32,000 bases of DNA from Zygophlyctis sp. KS116 (GCA_054661495.1 BAAFSQ010000014.1:49656-81655), one strand, 5' to 3'; shown: positions 11,792 to 24,978, counted from the first letter of the stretch. Notes: a model not told the origin generated them from the letters alone. A program made the numbers and translations.

Positions 11792-11928
11792 ACCATGGGG
11801 AGATGAGAATAATAAAACGCTTTTCATTTTTAAATTCTAGTATTTTATAGACTAATTATTAGAAGAAACTAGGTCCACCATGCGGCTTCAACACTTCCAA
11901 CACCTACAATAGAGTAGAAAATTGCATA

Positions 11929-12242
11929 ATGGAATCATTATCAGCATCAAAGGTATACTTTTACAATCTCATATGCAGCCATTAGATCTTGTCAGACTAT
12001 GCCTTGATGAGGCGGTCTATGTTAAATTAAGAGGTGATCGGGAACTTGAAGGGAAATTGCATGCATACGATCAACACATGAATATGGTTTTAGGATCTGC
12101 AACAGAATATGTCTCTATTGTAGATCAAGATGAAATAAAGGTAATTTTATTAATTAAACTCTAGAAAACCTCCAATTCCTATGAAATGCTGTTTGTTAGA
12201 GGAGATTCTGTGATTTTATTGTCTCCTAAAGTATTAAATTGA
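11929..12242 (+). CDS. LSM3: U6 snRNA-associated Sm-like protein LSm3, 3 exons
   Basis: [39 protein letters not shown] (Sm1) and [16 protein letters not shown] (Sm2). Introns 11953-11978 (26) and 12141-12164 (24). Confidence 0.95.
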
Positions 12243-12271
12243 AAAGAAATATAGTGAATTTAATTTTTAAG

Positions 12272-14055
12272 ATGCAAAAACTAGTAGAAATTCTAGATAA
12301 ACCAGATTTATTTCTTAATAGGGACAGTACAAGAGTATTCTCTAAAAAATATATAATAGAAAAAATACAATTTATTGTAGAAAATCAAGTTGTAGACAAG
12401 AAAAATCTAGTAGAAATTATAGATTTTGTATATTTTTAACTCTTACTAATTAGGATGTAAATGTGATTCTAAAAGAATTAGAATTCTCTCAAGAATTAAT
12501 ACTATTCAAGGAAAGAGTATTTTCTTTAAAATATTTTACAGAAATATCTACAGAAATTGAGAAATTATTACAGACAAATGGAAAAGTTGAAATTTCTTAT
12601 ACTCAAATCCCAAGGGAATATTTCAAATTTAAAAACGATGGGAAATTTTATTATTCTACAGAATATCTAGGAAAGGAATATCTCAAACTGTTTCAAAAAC
12701 TAGAACAAACTCAAATTCCTCTCACCCTGGCCACGCAAATTCCCCCAGACCAGAACAGTAACAGAAACAGTGTCCTGGAACTAGACTTTTATTTGCTTCT
12801 CAAGAAAGAATTCAATTGGGACAATCTTTCTGGGATTTTCAAGGGTCTGGTGTATATTCCATTAGTATATGTAAAGGAAATAAAGGACAATATACAACTG
12901 CAAGTCAAGGAAAAGGGGATTGTTGATGTTGAAGAATATTTGGAATTTTTAGATTTAAAAGAATTTTTACAGGTTCAAGAGGATTATATGGTTTTTGGAA
13001 CAAGGATAATCTCTCGAGAATATTTAGGAAAAATTTCAGATCAAATATTTCAAAATTTAAAGACTAGAGGGATTGTCAAGGTTGAAGAAATTGATTCTGT
13101 GGAAATTTCGCTAGAAATTCAATTGAAAATTTATGAACATCTAAAGGAAAAAGTAAAGGTTTTTAGGTTTTTGGATTCTTATTTTGTCTTGGAAGAGTTT
13201 TTACAAGTTTTAAAAGTAGAATTAAGACCTATAATTCTGGCAACGGTGGATTCACAAAGGCTAAAATCAAAAAAAGTGGATTTAAAAGAAAAACTATCTC
13301 TGGAAAAGGTGCTGGAAATCATGGATCCAGTTTTTAAAAAGTATATACAACAAGAAGATTTAAGAATGGAAATAGGGGGGATTTTGTATAGTGATTTTAT
13401 AGAGACGGTGTCTTTGGAATTACAAAAAACTTTTAAGGATTCTCGTGATATACTAGTCAATAATTTACAATTAAGGAAAAATTGGGTGTCTCTGGTACTT
13501 TTCAATAAAGGGATTCAGGAAATCAATATTCTCAATTTAAGAAAAAAGCTGACTAGAATTTTGTTGGATGTAAAAGTCAAGGAGTTTTTAAATGCTTCTG
13601 GTCTCGCAGATAAATCTTTTAATGTATTTATTCAAATCTTTTAAATTTAGGATTGGCAAAGCTTTCAAGATTTTCTGAATCAAGAAATTGGAGATGAATA
13701 TTTGCAGATTTATGATCTAGAATTGGAATTGGAAAAATTGGAATATTTGGAAAAGTTAAGAGTACAGTTTGAGAATTTGACGGATGCTGCATTAGTGTTT
13801 CATTTGGGAATCTGCCTCTTGTTTAGCAGGTTTTATATTTACCCCATATATTTTACAGGGAAATTAGTGCCAGAGATACTCAAATTACTAGAGGCTAATT
13901 TTGATGAAGAAACATTTGTATTTCTTTCAACTCTACAAAAAAATATAATTGTTCAAAGAAAAACTGGTAAAATTAAATTAGATGATGAAATTTTGCAATT
14001 GAAGCGACTGATCTTGGGTTTTAAAGTAATTTTGACATATACTAAACATAAGTAA
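12272..14055 (+). CDS. UFL1: Divergent E3 UFM1-protein ligase 1 (UFL1) homologue, 3-4 exons; start may lie further upstream
   Basis: C-terminal '[36 protein letters not shown]' parallels UFL1 DPALILHL..LLF...LHAPGRCVPQII. Internal 'VYIPLVY...VKEKGIVD' and '[10 protein letters not shown]' fit the UFL1 winged-helix region. Introns 12428-12453 (26), 13624-13650 (27), possibly 14026-14052 (27). Confidence 0.7.
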
Positions 14056-15699
14056 TCTTAAAATTCTTACCGGACCGTCAAGCTCATATCCCATTTTGCG
14101 ATAATAGTGGCGAGTACCGACTCCAGATATTACAGAAATTTTTACACTGCCGTGTTCTTCACGAGCAATTCTTTCAGCTTCTTCCATGAGTAACATTCCA
14201 AGTCCCTGATGCTGAAATTTAGTTGGATCCCGACTATGAACAGGCACAGCAGTTCCATACACATGAAGTTCTCGGACAATAGAGCATTGTCCAATCTTAA
14301 ATTCTGGCCTAAAATGATTGCTACATTTCCGCAGTCTTAAAAGTCCTATTAAAATATCTTGATGAGGATCTTCATAAGATAAGAAAGTTTCCCATCCTCC
14401 ATTAGCAACATAATCCCTGCGAATCAATTCAACCTTGAATTAATATTACTCAAGACTTACCTGATCCGGTTGAATCTTATTGTGAATTTCCTGAATGCCC
14501 ACTTCTCGAGTTCTTACATCACGGCATTGAATACCTAAATCTTTCATTCGATTTAATGCAAGCTCTCTCAAGTTTCCATTTTCAACTCCAGAAGTAACCA
14601 GAGGCATAGGGATATCTCTTTGCACTCTATAGACTCGTGTCCAGGGAGGAACCAATGCCAAAATTTTTGCTACCAAGTCTATCAAGGCTTCCGGCGTGTA
14701 ATTCTTGTATCTCCCAGTCTTCCATAACTCATACAGACCAGTTCCTCGAATTACCAATGTGGGATAAATCTTTAATCCATCAGCCCTAAAAGCAGGATTC
14801 TCGAAAAATTCTCGAAATTGATTAATATCTCGTTCCATTCCAACATTTGGTAGATCGGGCATCATATGTGCTACAATTTTATACCCTGCATCCTTTGCAA
14901 GCTGAAACGCTTCACAAACAGCTTTTACTGTATGTCCTCTGTTAGTATCTCTAGCAACATCTTCATAAACACTTTGAACACCAATTTCCAATCTCGTACA
15001 ACCATAGCGTAACATTTGTGCCAGATGAGGTTTAAGACAGTAATCTGGACGAGTTTCAATAGTAATACCAATGCATTTGGTTTGACTTTGCTCTGAAAAC
15101 CTGACAGCTTCATCAATATCAGTCGTAGTATAACCACTCAGGGCATTATGCAATTGCGCGATAAATTTATCTCTATAATCCTGAGATAGAGACATAAATG
15201 TTCCTCCCATAATAATATATTCGACTTTATCAACATTGTGACCAAGACTTTTCAACTGATCAATTCTACCACGAGCCTGTTCATAAGGATTATATCTTGC
15301 TCTGATCGCCCTCATACTAGTAGGTTCATAGCCAGTATATGATTGAGTAGAGTATTCAAAATCAGAGTCAGGACCCCCAGGACAATAAACACAAATGTTA
15401 CCAGTCATTGCTATATGAGGGCATCGATGTGGCTTGCACATAACCGCAACCACAGCAATACCAGACGCTGTCCTAACCGGCTTTGCTTTGAGCTTTGGGA
15501 GTAAAATGGCTCGATACTCATGGGGGATTGCAGCAATTATATCAACCAATTTTGGAGGATTTTTAAGCTTCAAATTTCCACAAATTCTAGATCTGACTCC
15601 ATTGAGATTAACATCCTTTGATTTATGATATGCATCGACAAGCTCTGCTACAATTTCTGAGCATGCCCTAAGCATAAGACTGGATTGGTCTATTGTCAT
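14021..15699 (-). CDS. ELP3: Elongator complex catalytic subunit Elp3 (radical SAM + KAT), 3 exons
   Basis: [44 protein letters not shown]. Introns 14460-14434 (27) and 14070-14042 (29); the latter restores the conserved end GYELDGPYMSKLL*. Confidence 0.98.
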
Positions 15700-15926
15700 C
15701 TAATAATTAGTGTTAAGATTGAGATCAGAAATTTGGGTATAGAATTAGACATCATTGTTGCTACTAGGTAGCATCAGTCTGACGTGCAAATCTTAATTTT
15801 GTAATCATCACTTCTCAATGGATTGTAAAAGAATCGATCGCTTACATTTTTGTGAAAAAAAATAGTAAGAACCCTCGGCGCAAACAGGAAAATTTGGTCA
15901 GAATTACTTACACTAGATATATTTTT

Positions 15927-18900
15927 TTAAAATTCAATCAAGGGCTTAGATGCCTTTTTGGCAAGTTGTACCAGCTCGTTATATTCTCCTGTTTCTTCCA
16001 CCATTCTTTTAAATACGCCAACTGGACTGTTTTCAATTAGATCGATTGGTGATCCAAATTCTACAACGCGTCCCTTATCAAGGACCAGGATTCGATCATA
16101 GTCAATCACCGTTCTAATAGATTATAGAAAAATAAAATACCTTAAACGATGGGCTATGCATAATATGGTACTCTCTGCAAATTCATGACGTATCGTTGTT
16201 TGTATCTTTGAGTCGGTTTCATTGTCTACAGAGGCAGTGGCTTCATCCAAAAACACGATACGAGTTCTTCTTAAGATGGCTCTAGCTAGGCATAATAGTT
16301 GCCTCTGTCCTTGTGAATAATTCGATCCATTTTCGGCAACTACTGAGTCAAGATCAAGAGTAGACTCCTCTTCATAAGAGAGTGATTCAAGCAAGCGAAC
16401 ACGTCTCAAGGCTTGCCATAATGTAGCGTCGTCATGTTCATTCAATGGATCCAAGTTTGATCTTAATGTCCCTGAAAACAATATGGGGTCTTGAGGGATG
16501 ATTGTCAAACGTGATCGAAGATCTGTTAATCCCAGAGTGGAGATATCAATTCCATCAATAGTTATTTTCCCTCCAGAAATAGGAATTATTCTGAAAAACG
16601 CTAAAGAAAGCGTAGATTTTCCTGCTCCTGTACGTCCTTGAAATAAAATTTATAATTCCTTACCCACAACTGCAATCTTTTCATGGGGTCTAGCTTCGAA
16701 AGAGACATTGTCAAGTACATCAGGTTGATCGAGAGCATATCTGATACGTAAATTTTCTACCTTTATATTCCCTTCTTGGGGCCACTTTTATGAATCAGTT
16801 AAAGAACTTACTTCAAGAACGGGCATTGTCTCTTCAATGTGACCTGCCGGCTCTTGTTCGATATTCGTATATTCTAAGACTCTTTCGACAGAGTTTAAAC
16901 TCATTTCCATTTCAGCATGCATTCTTACCATCCACTATGAGTAAGCAAGGCAAAGTATCACTTACCAATAAAGCCTGAGTAAAGTCAAGAGCGTAAGTCA
17001 TTGCCAATCCTGCCCAACCAGGTCCTAATTTACCGCTCATTACTCCAACCCCTGCTAAAGAAACGACAAATGCTGATATTATATCAGTTCTTAAACAGAG
17101 CCATCGGTTTGCAGTCCATAAGAAGAAGAAAGCCCGGTGGTTAGCATCAACTCTAAATTTTAATATTCTCAACCTACTTTTCTTCGTTTAGCTTCAAAAA
17201 TCTACTCTCACATCCATATGCACGGATAGTCGAAGCTCCACTAAATAATTTAAACCATCAAGCACTTACGCAAGAGTCTCAGAAAACTGGGCATATATTG
17301 GACTTCTTGAAACCGCATCCAATCTTTTTAATTCACGGCTGGTTTTCAAATAGAGTCTTGCTACAAGCCAATATGCTAGTACTATCATTGAGAATTTCAA
17401 AGAAATACCGACTGGGCCGATTGCAAACAAAAATGGTGGTACAACAGATGAAATTATGACCAAAATAGCCACTGCCTGTATAACCTTCTGAACAAATGCA
17501 TAGATTGCGTTCATTACCATACTAAAAGTTATCTTCCATAATTGTACTTACGTATCTACATTCTCAATATCCTTTGAGAATCTATTCAAAATTCGTCCAA
17601 TTGGTGTTACCTCAAAGAACCTGAGAGGTGCGTTCATTACACTACTTAGCAATTCATTATGCAGCCGCCTTGAAGCCATCAAACAACCAATAAGTGTTAC
17701 TAGTGTCTGTAAGTTCATAGCCGTAATAATTCCTAGTCCAAAAAGACCATAAATAGTTAAGTAAAACGATATTTCATGACCCGACTCAACAGAGTCTTTG
17801 AAGGAATTAATATCAGCAAATGCAGGGGTCTGAGAGTGGTGTTTCATCTCAGCAAAAGTTATAGCTGTCTGCACTTTCATCGAATTATATAATAATGTGC
17901 CATTATGCAACTGATACGCTGCAATTTTTGCGGAGTTATCAGTCCAGTTTTTGAGCCACCAATCGTTCCCAAATTGAACTAACGAGCATACAAAGAAACT
18001 GAAAAAAAATATAATAACAAAAAGGAATCCCCCAGAAGCTTTAAAATATGATGCGTATATTTTAAATTGCACTGATCCAGTCGCTCTTTCCTCGTCGTTT
18101 ACCAGTTTTTTCCCGGATTTAGGTTCAATAATCAGCGGCGCATGTACAGATTGGTCATGGATAACAATTTCACTCATATCGGTACCAACAAGCTCCAGTC
18201 CGAACACACCTTCTGCTTTAGGGTTTTTAATAAGATCTTTGGGGGGGCCATCTTCCAATATTTCCCCATTTTTAATTATTACTGCATAATCAGAAAATGG
18301 CAATACTAAACTGACAGCATGTGTCACTAAAATACAAGTTCTTCCTTTGAGAGCTCCTCGAATTGCATTATCAACCAAAAATTTAGCAGTCGGCGCATCC
18401 ACCGCCGATAAAGGATCATCTAACAAAACGAATTTCGCCCTCGAATAGCACACTCTAGCCAAGCTAATTCTTTGCTTTTGTCCACCAGAAACATTGACAC
18501 CCTATAGATCAACAAATTCAAGCTCACCTTTTCACCTATTTCAGTCATATCCCCACCTTCAAGGGTTTCGAGATCTCGGGCTAAAGCGCACGCTCTAATG
18601 ACTTCCGCATATCTCTGGGCATCATATGGTTCCCCAAACAAAATGTTTTCCCTGATCGTTGCATTCAGAAGCCATGCAGCTTGAGCGGCATAAGCTACCG
18701 TATTAAAGAGACCTGTTTCATGATCATAAGCTGCACTCCTAGAATCTGGAAGATAATGATGACCATGAACACGCTTCATCTCTTTAAATTAATTGCTAAA
18801 ATAATACCTCCTAACAAGGCCAAAATCAATGAACTTTTTCCCGACCCAGTCGGACCACAAATAACAGTCAGACCACCGATTGGGAATTCAATATTAATGT

Positions 18901-20965
18901 TATTCAAGGTAAACCCTTGTGAAGCGAAGTTTTTGTCTACTGATTCGGTTTCAGTACTTAATAGTTCATCTGTGGAGAATTCAGATTCTACTTTATCAAT
19001 TAAATAAGATCTATCCCCATGATATATAAACTTGGCATGTTTAAACCCAACTGGTAATTTCTCGTCGCTATGCAAAGTATCCAGATCATTATCTTCCTGA
19101 ACCAACGTGTCCAACGAAGAGTAGGATAGTTTTTCTGTAAGATCTACATTATCAAATAAATATCTTTCTAGCTCATCCTCTGATAGGAAATTTATAATCC
19201 TATCTAGCGACACTTTAGCTTTGTATATCTGCATAATTTCATGTGGCAAAAATGAAAGCAAATTAGAGACTACGTGGAGTAGGTTGATTGCAGTGAAAGC
19301 TGTGGCAGCATCCAAAGTATGGCCGAAAAACACCGTATAAGTCAAAAATGTGACAAATGCTACAATTAGTCCACCCCCATACCCGACAGTCCCAAATGCA
19401 ATGTAAGAGCCCCATAATTTCACTATACTTTTCAGTTCTTTTTCACGAGCGCAATTGACTTTTTCACTAAACTGACGTTCCCATGCAAAGTATTTGATAA
19501 CTCTAATACCTTGAAGAATTTCATTCATTACAGAGACACGCTTATCAGTATTGTTCATTAGCTCCTCTTCAATTCGAGACACAGTTTTGCCAACATATCC
19601 ACCTAGGGGGCTAGTGATCAGAAGAATTGCCACACTTGTGAGTGCTGACCAACCTAATACAAAGAACAGACTACCAATTGCAATTAATATTGATAATGGA
19701 GTCGAAATCATTAGTTGATGAGCATAGCAAATAAAAGTTAAAATTCTTTCAGTATCCACAGACATTAAAGTCACAATTTTCCCTAAAGATGCCTGTTCAT
19801 CATTTCCTTCTGAGCTATGTGAAGATAAATTTGCTCTACGAAAACTTTTCGAGTAGATCTCATTCACCAAGATTGCTCTAAGTCGGATACCAGATCTACG
19901 ACCTAAAAAATACATCTATATTTAATATATTTTATTTTTACCTGACCATCAATGATAGCCTTTGTTATTGATGCCGAGAACATCCCAAATAACAAAAGTA
20001 ATCCATACTGCATACTCGCTTCAGGATGTTGAACATGTTTTACAATTCGATAAAGAAAAAAAGGTCCGGAAAATCCTAGAATAGACGCAAAAATTGCGCA
20101 AAAAAGCTGAATCATAAAATTCGGACGAATCACACGAAATAAATTCATTGCTATTGAACTGTTTTTGTAATTCATACTATTCAGGATTAAAATAATCGAC
20201 TTACCTAAACATCTTATATCTTTGAGATGAATTATTAGCTTTATCTTCTTCTGTAAGATTCCATAAATCATCGTCTTCCAATGGTCTCTTATTACCTAAA
20301 TAAACCAAATCATTTAACCAATGAAAAGTTAATCTCGAGATCCATGATGAGGAATCTTCTCTTGATTTCTATTTTAAGTCATTAAATATTTACTCTTCGT
20401 CCTAAAAACGGCGGATTCAAACCTGAATCTGCAGTTATCCATTGCCCAAAACTAATTAGCAACATGAGCCCAACCAATCCAAAATTTACAGACAAAATTA
20501 TTCCATTTACATAAGTAATTGTATTATTTTGAAGTAATTTAAACAAATGTACTCCATATCCAATCGTACTAAATGTATAAAACGATAAAAAGTAGTTTTG
20601 ATCATTTGCAATATATATGCGTAAAGAATAAGATATGGTTATTAATAACTAGCATAAAATCAATAAATTCTTACCCATGCAGCTGCCCAGATACTGTAAA
20701 TCAACATATCCATACTTTCTCCCATAACCAAATATGAAACAATGATTAGCGCTAAAGCCGTTCCAAATTGAATCATTGCTAGCGTTATCATCAACAATAC
20801 AATGAATGGCTGACTTTCAAAATGCACTTCGATTGGATCATATCGATTCCTTGATCTAAAGCGAGTATATTTACTGATATTTATACACAGGGATCCAACA
20901 GCGAGAATCATTGGTATTAATGGCGGGCCAACAGAGTCCATGTATCTGATCATTAGCAGACTCAT
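15927..20965 (-). CDS. Full-length ABCC/MRP-family ABC transporter (YBT1/bile-acid transporter-like), about 15 exons
   Basis: L0 linker SRLTFHWLN, two TMDs, NBD1 ([28 protein letters not shown]) and NBD2 ([31 protein letters not shown]). Introns 20674-20649, 20393-20369, 20204-20177, 19941-19916, 18807-18782, 18527-18502, 17551-17522, 17408-17382 (in-frame, tentative), 17269-17241, 17177-17153, 16965-16935, 16811-16785, 16663-16637, 16140-16114; all 25-31 nt. Confidence 0.95.
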
Positions 20966-21081
20966 CCGAATTTAATTCAAAGTCCAGAAGCGCTTAAGCA
21001 ATGCAGCGTGGCATTGGGGGCTTATTCGGCGCACTAAACAATTAACAAGCAACAAGCACATACAAGCATAGTGCCTTTATT

Positions 21082-21297
21082 ATGGAATTTACTTCAAAAT
21101 ATGATTCTATTGCGTTTTCTGCATTCTGCACAATCCTTGCAATCTTGTTTTGGTTAGTCTTGTTTCAGCTATTTCATACTTGGTATATGAGGAATATGCA
21201 AGATCAGGATAGTTCTTACGATGATCCTTGCTCAGATCTAGAAACCATCTCAATATATTCTGAAAAAACATTAGTAAATCATATCTGTATTAATTAG
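21082..21297 (+). CDS. Small single-pass membrane protein, unknown function (may extend to 21336 if 21274-21297 is an intron)
   Basis: ATG-initiated 71-aa ORF with one hydrophobic segment (IAFSAFCTILAILFWLVLFQLF) and an acidic tail. It fills the gap between the ABC and kinesin genes. Confidence 0.55.
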   Translation: MEFTSKYDSIAFSAFCTILAILFWLVLFQLFHTWYMRNMQDQDSSYDDPCSDLETISIYSEKTLVNHICIN

Positions 21298-24200
21298 TTC
21301 TCATCTAGAATGGCTTTTGGAATCACTTTTGCTTGAGATGCAAGAGTATGTGAAGTTGATAATCGCTCAAAGACATCGCCGCATTGGTAGCCTTTTGATT
21401 TTTCACAGTCATGATATTCAGATTCAGATTCAATCTTGTCAACCACAGTCTCTTCTGAAAAGGCACGTCGGATTCCTTTCTCCAATTCTGTAAATTTTAA
21501 CTGATCTAGAGTGAATGCAAGGTCAGAAACTGCTTTTTTGCTTTGCTCCAGTTCATTAGATTTGGTTACATTTTCAACCTTTGATTTAGCATAGTCTTCT
21601 AGTAACATTTCAGTAATTAATTCCAGATCCTTCTGATTAAAAGAACGCAATAAATTCAGACAATTTTCCCATGATATATCAGTGTCTTCATTTTCAAAAA
21701 ATGGATTTTTCTCCTGTTCAAGAGAATAGTCCACGGCATTAATTTTTGTGATTGAGCCTGATCGTAGCAATTGTTCCTGGATTACTCGAACTTTAGATTC
21801 TATTGTGGCCAATTCAAATTCTATGGCTCCTAGCCTTTCATCCATATATTGGGGCTTATCTGGATCGCATGATCCATACTCTTCGAATTCAGCTCCCAAA
21901 ATTCGACTTCTTTCAGCAAGTAACTCCTGCTGTTCTCCTACTAATCTCTTTCGAATGAATGCTAAATGTTTGATTGTTTCTTGTGATTTCTTGACAAAAA
22001 TAAAATTGGAAAGCTCTTTTTGAAGAACTTTGTATTTCTGTTTTGCATTGTTGCGGCGTGTATTTTCCCATATTGTAGAATCTTCTGTTCTTGAAATCCT
22101 GTCAAACGTGCTGGTTCGAACAGTCCTTCGGGAGAATTTCTTGATTGGGGATGCACAATACATTCCAGAATTAGAGGGTTTCTTCGTTTTTTGTGGTGTA
22201 GAAGATCGCTTTAGGTAAGTCATTATATTTCGAAGTTTGGCTTGAGATTTGACAACTTCCTCATTTTTCTTTTTTAACAGCAATCTCTAAATTATTAAAA
22301 AGAAATTATCACCTGCAGCTGATTGCTCCTTTCAAGTTTTTTAGCCATATCGGAGGAGACCTGATTTTTACGCTTCCATTTAGCTATTTCTCTCTGACTA
22401 CTGGTGGCTATATCAAGGCGATTTTGAGTTTCTTTCCTTAGCTGTTTTAGAATTTTGGCCTTTTCCGCTATAATTTAGAAAATGTATCTAACTTACACTT
22501 CATAGCATCAATAGTAGATTTAAGATCCTTTGTGAGTGCGTCATTCCTCGCTCTACTTTCACTTTGATGGCGAAGATTATCATCCATTTTTTTCCTGAAA
22601 CTTTCAAGTTGTAACTCCAATTTCTTTTTCCTCTCCTCGTACTTTGCAGTGATTAAAATCGCACTGTTGACGCTATCTTTCTTGTCTTTGGAAGGATCTT
22701 TCAACTTTTTAAGTGCAAGATCTCTTTCAGTCTGAAAACGATCAAGCTGCTGATTTAAATTATTCATTTTCTGTTCGTAAGCTCTTTTCATCATTTCATA
22801 TTCAGCATCTCTCTTCAATATTCTGTCCATTAGAGCCTCATGTTCCGAAATGTCAGCCTGGATTTTCTGTAGTAAGACAAACGTTTCTGTGTTATCAGAT
22901 TGGAATTGAATTTCTTGAGCTGAATCCGATTCTTCAGCTGCAGAAAAATTAATATTCATCCTTGATGGGATATTGACAGATGATACCAACCTTGGAAGGC
23001 CAAAGAGTCTAGCATGAGGAAGAATTTCTGGATCTACATCTATTGTTTCGCGAGCTTGCACCAACAACTTCTCCAACTCTGGGTTTTCTTTAAGAGCTAA
23101 CATCAATCTTTTTTCTTGAGATGTCTCCAATTCTACTTCGGAGCGAATAGCCGCTAGTCTTATATGTGAAGGCTGCATCATCTTTTCAATTGCTTCATTT
23201 GATAGAGATACGTTGGATGTTTTTCCAACTCTGATAAAAAAATCTGTACACCATCCAATTTGATCATGAGCGTCAGATAATTTGATTCTGAGTTCTGAGA
23301 TGGATGATAAATATCCTTTCAGTAAGTGTCGAATACATTTGATATCCATATCAGTAGTGTCGACCGGAGGGGAGATTTGTTCAGCCATAGAAAAATTATC
23401 TGATATAGAAGGCTGATTTTGTAAATACTTTGCTTTTTTCATAGTTTTGCAGCTATTAAGAATTGCATCATCTCTTTCCATCAGAGTATCGGTCATTTCT
23501 TGGATCAACTGGGTATTTCTTTCCGCGAGACGATTACAAACAAACACCAGCTGGTCGTGTTCAGTTTTGGTAGACTGAAGGGTTTTCTTTGTGTCATCAA
23601 TCTCTCTTAAAAGGTCTTTCTCTCGTTGAAAGATGAAACGCGAATCCTTGACTGAGCCCAACGTTTGTGGAGCATTTTTTAACTTTTGTCGAAACTTATC
23701 ATATGCATTTGATGATACTTCTGGTCTTAAAATAGCCAATTCAGTTTGTAACTGAAGAACAAGGTTTCTTAAGCTCTCCAACTCGGAACTATGACTTGAT
23801 CCACAAAAATCTTGATTAATTATAATCTTGTTTTTAATATTTTTTGCGCGATTAGCATATTGAAGAGTATTTAGAGTTTCAGAGTAATTCAAGTCTGAAG
23901 GGCTACCGCATGCAATCATTAAAGTCCTAGAATTACCACCAAGAGAATCCTGCAATAGCCTTGTTAATTTTGAGTCCCTATAAGGAACATGAGAAGACTT
24001 TCTTGATTCATCACCTAGAGCACATATTACATTTCCTAGTGCTAAAAGACCTTGATTTATAGAAATGCTTTCTCTTTTCCTTTCCCCTTCTGCATTTGTT
24101 CTTTTGAGACGCTCAGAACCAGCCAAATCTACAAAATGGAATTTAGATATAAGTCTCTTTTTCTCTATACCAGACTGAATCGGTATCTCTTGAACTAAAC

Positions 24201-24946
24201 TAATTGAAAAAATTGCATGAGATCTTGAAGATACAGCATTCATATCAGTTGATGCCGTAGTTCTACAAAGACTTCCTTTATGCAAAAGACTAATTCAGAT
24301 AAGAAAAAACATAAATACCTGTATACTTCTTCTGGTGACTCTACTGGTAGCTCAGTTATCCCAAGCCAAACAATTCGTCCGGAATTTTCACGAATGCTCA
24401 TTTGTGCCTTATTTTCTTTTGGGCACAACAGATCCACAAGATCCTCATTGTAAAGCTCCAAAAATGATATTGAAACTTTAAATGTATAATCACTGCTTTT
24501 CCCTCTTTCTTTCTCCAACATTGAGAATACTTCTTCAATAGCACGCGGCAAGAGGCCTTTATCTCTCTCGTCAATTTGAGAAATCGTAGCTGTGCCCATC
24601 GTATATGTTTTTCCAGAGCCTAATATTAGAATTATTGAAATGCGAAGTATAAGCGATAAAAACGCATTCGTTTCGTACCTGTCTGACCATACGCCAACAC
24701 AGTAGCATTAAATCCTGAAATAAATTGATGAACCAGTGGTTTAACACAATCAAAGACTTCCTCTTGAGTTGCATCATTTGCGAATGCGTAATCATAAGTA
24801 AACGACCGTTGTGGAACATCAGGAATTCCAATCACAACTTGATTTGAATTTGGAACGCATAATAAACACTCAGTAGCTCCATTCAGGGATTCTGACGCTG
24901 TCATTGGACGGATACGAAGAGCAACTTGTACAGCTGCAGTGGTCAT
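21294..24946 (-). CDS. Kinesin-4 family motor (KIF4/KIF21/KIF27-like), 5 exons
   Basis: [19 protein letters not shown] (spliced), [39 protein letters not shown], long coiled coil with [12 protein letters not shown]. Introns 24678-24620 (59), 24318-24290 (29), 22496-22468 (29), 22312-22287 (26). Confidence 0.93.
24620..24678 (-). other. 59-nt GT-AG intron with internal stem-loop (kinesin)
   Basis: Splits the P-loop GQT/GSGKT, so its boundaries are fixed. RNA arms GAAUGCG / CGCAUUU at 24669-24663 and 24644-24638. Confidence 0.9.
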
Positions 24947-24978
24947 AAATCAAAATATGTTGCAAGTTTAATCCGCGC

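Noticed and set aside
12254-12271. 18-nt GT-AG segment just before the UFL1 ATG
   Set aside because: Well below the 24-nt floor seen elsewhere and not needed for any reading frame.
15757-15775. TGCTAC-tag-GTAGCA dyad upstream of ELP3, considered as an RFX X-box or ncRNA
   Set aside because: Spacing does not match the X-box consensus, and a single 6-bp dyad is weak evidence.
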